From: Candidatus Bathyarchaeia archaeon
Lineage (GTDB): Archaea > Thermoproteota > Bathyarchaeia > Bathyarchaeales > Bathycorpusculaceae
DNA length: 64,000 bases
Direction: 5' to 3'
Assembly: GCA_049521795.1 (NCBI GenBank)
Contig: JBEKOM010000003.1
Location: 157,752-221,751 of the forward strand
Both the position numbers and the translations under genes were made by a program. The notes under the pieces are model-generated. The model did no database searches. It was not told the DNA's origin and saw only the letters and a list, made by a program, of their open reading frames with translations. The number at the start of each line of letters is the position of its first letter. Positions within the stretch are counted from its first letter, which is position 1. This document shows, piece after piece, positions 63,374 to 64,000 of the stretch.

Positions 63374-64000
63374 TTGAACGCGGTTCAGGTGATCGCGGTA
63401 GAGGGGCTGCCGATCATAAAGGCGGGGGACAGTGTTGCTAGGCTCGTGTGCGATGCGGCTCGGAGGCAGGGCACTCCCGTTGAGGACAGGGATGTGCTGG
63501 TGGTTACGCATGTTTTTGTTTCGCGTGCCGAGGGAAGCGTTGTTAATCTTGATGAGGTTGTTCCGTCAGATTTTGCGAGATGCATAGCGGTGCAGTTTGG
63601 TAAGGACCCTGCTTTGGTGGAGGTTGTTCTTCGCGAGTCGAAGAGCATCAGTCGAATGCGCGACGGTATCCTCATTACGGAGACGAAGCATGGGTTTGTG
63701 TGTGCGAATTCTGGGGTTGACAGGTCTAACGTTCCTGGAGAGAGAAACGTGGCTTTGTTGCCGGCGGACCCTGACAGGTCAGCTGAGGCGATTAGGCGTG
63801 AAATGAAGAGATTGAGTGGCTGTGAAGTGGCCGTGATCGTCTCTGACACTCATGGTCGTCCGCTTAGGCTTGGCGAGATAAACGTGGCCATAGGCGTCGC
63901 GGGGATCAAGCCTATCAGAGACAGAAGAGGCGAGAAGGACCTGTTCGGGTATGTGCTGAGAGTGAAGCAGACGGCGATCGCGGACGAGCTTGCTTCAGCT
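63374..64000 (+). CDS. cofE: Coenzyme F420-0:L-glutamate ligase (partial, runs off window)
   Basis: Manual translation from TTG 63374 after GGAGGTG: GLPIIKAGD, VSRAEG, CANSGVDRSN, LP.DPD.SA, SDTHGRPLR, ADELAS. Confidence 0.92.
   Translation, partial: MNAVQVIAVEGLPIIKAGDSVARLVCDAARRQGTPVEDRDVLVVTHVFVSRAEGSVVNLDEVVPSDFARCIAVQFGKDPALVEVVLRESKSISRMRDGILITETKHGFVCANSGVDRSNVPGERNVALLPADPDRSAEAIRREMKRLSGCEVAVIVSDTHGRPLRLGEINVAIGVAGIKPIRDRRGEKDLFGYVLRVKQTAIADELASA

Noticed and set aside
63385-63849. 154-aa minus-strand ORF and other short antisense ORFs in the track
   Set aside because: Shadows of well-supported genes on the opposite strand (here cofE)

Overview
Archaeal chromosomal window; the gene content (HdrA/MvhD, CofD/CofE, Lhr, PEF-CTERM and dockerin proteins, short or overlapping starts) suggests Bathyarchaeia (inference). 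It has five blocks. (1) 1-8.2 kb: Zn-ribbon proteins, methyltransferase, Ntn amidotransferase, Lhr helicase, QueG-like Fe-S protein. (2) 8.4-17 kb: AT-richer island with two PD-(D/E)XK nucleases, a PAPS-reductase/4Fe-4S gene and a tightly coupled six-gene operon (Zn-finger protein, AAA ATPase, 129-aa protein, 43-aa peptide, Sph/ClsN-like Zn-hook SMC ATPase, second paralogous Zn-finger protein). (3) 17-30.5 kb: mosaic of single cargo genes and gene stubs, punctuated by a 16-17 bp palindrome, simple-sequence tracts, dispersed repeats and (GC)n runs. (4) 30.7-56.2 kb: surface protein plus glycosyltransferases, then a beta-glucan/mannan utilisation locus (GH1, GH12, GH94, GH130, ABC transporter) whose binding protein ends in a dockerin, next to a PEF-CTERM cohesin. 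(5) 56.5-64 kb: hdrA-mvhD, hdrA, polyferredoxin, cofD, cofE. Best candidates for undescribed systems are the SMC/AAA/twin Zn-finger operon, the cohesin-dockerin tethered sugar-binding protein, and the palindrome/(GC)n-delimited cassette architecture. No rRNA, tRNA, CRISPR array or integrase/transposase was seen. All protein calls come from motif recognition by eye; no database search was run.
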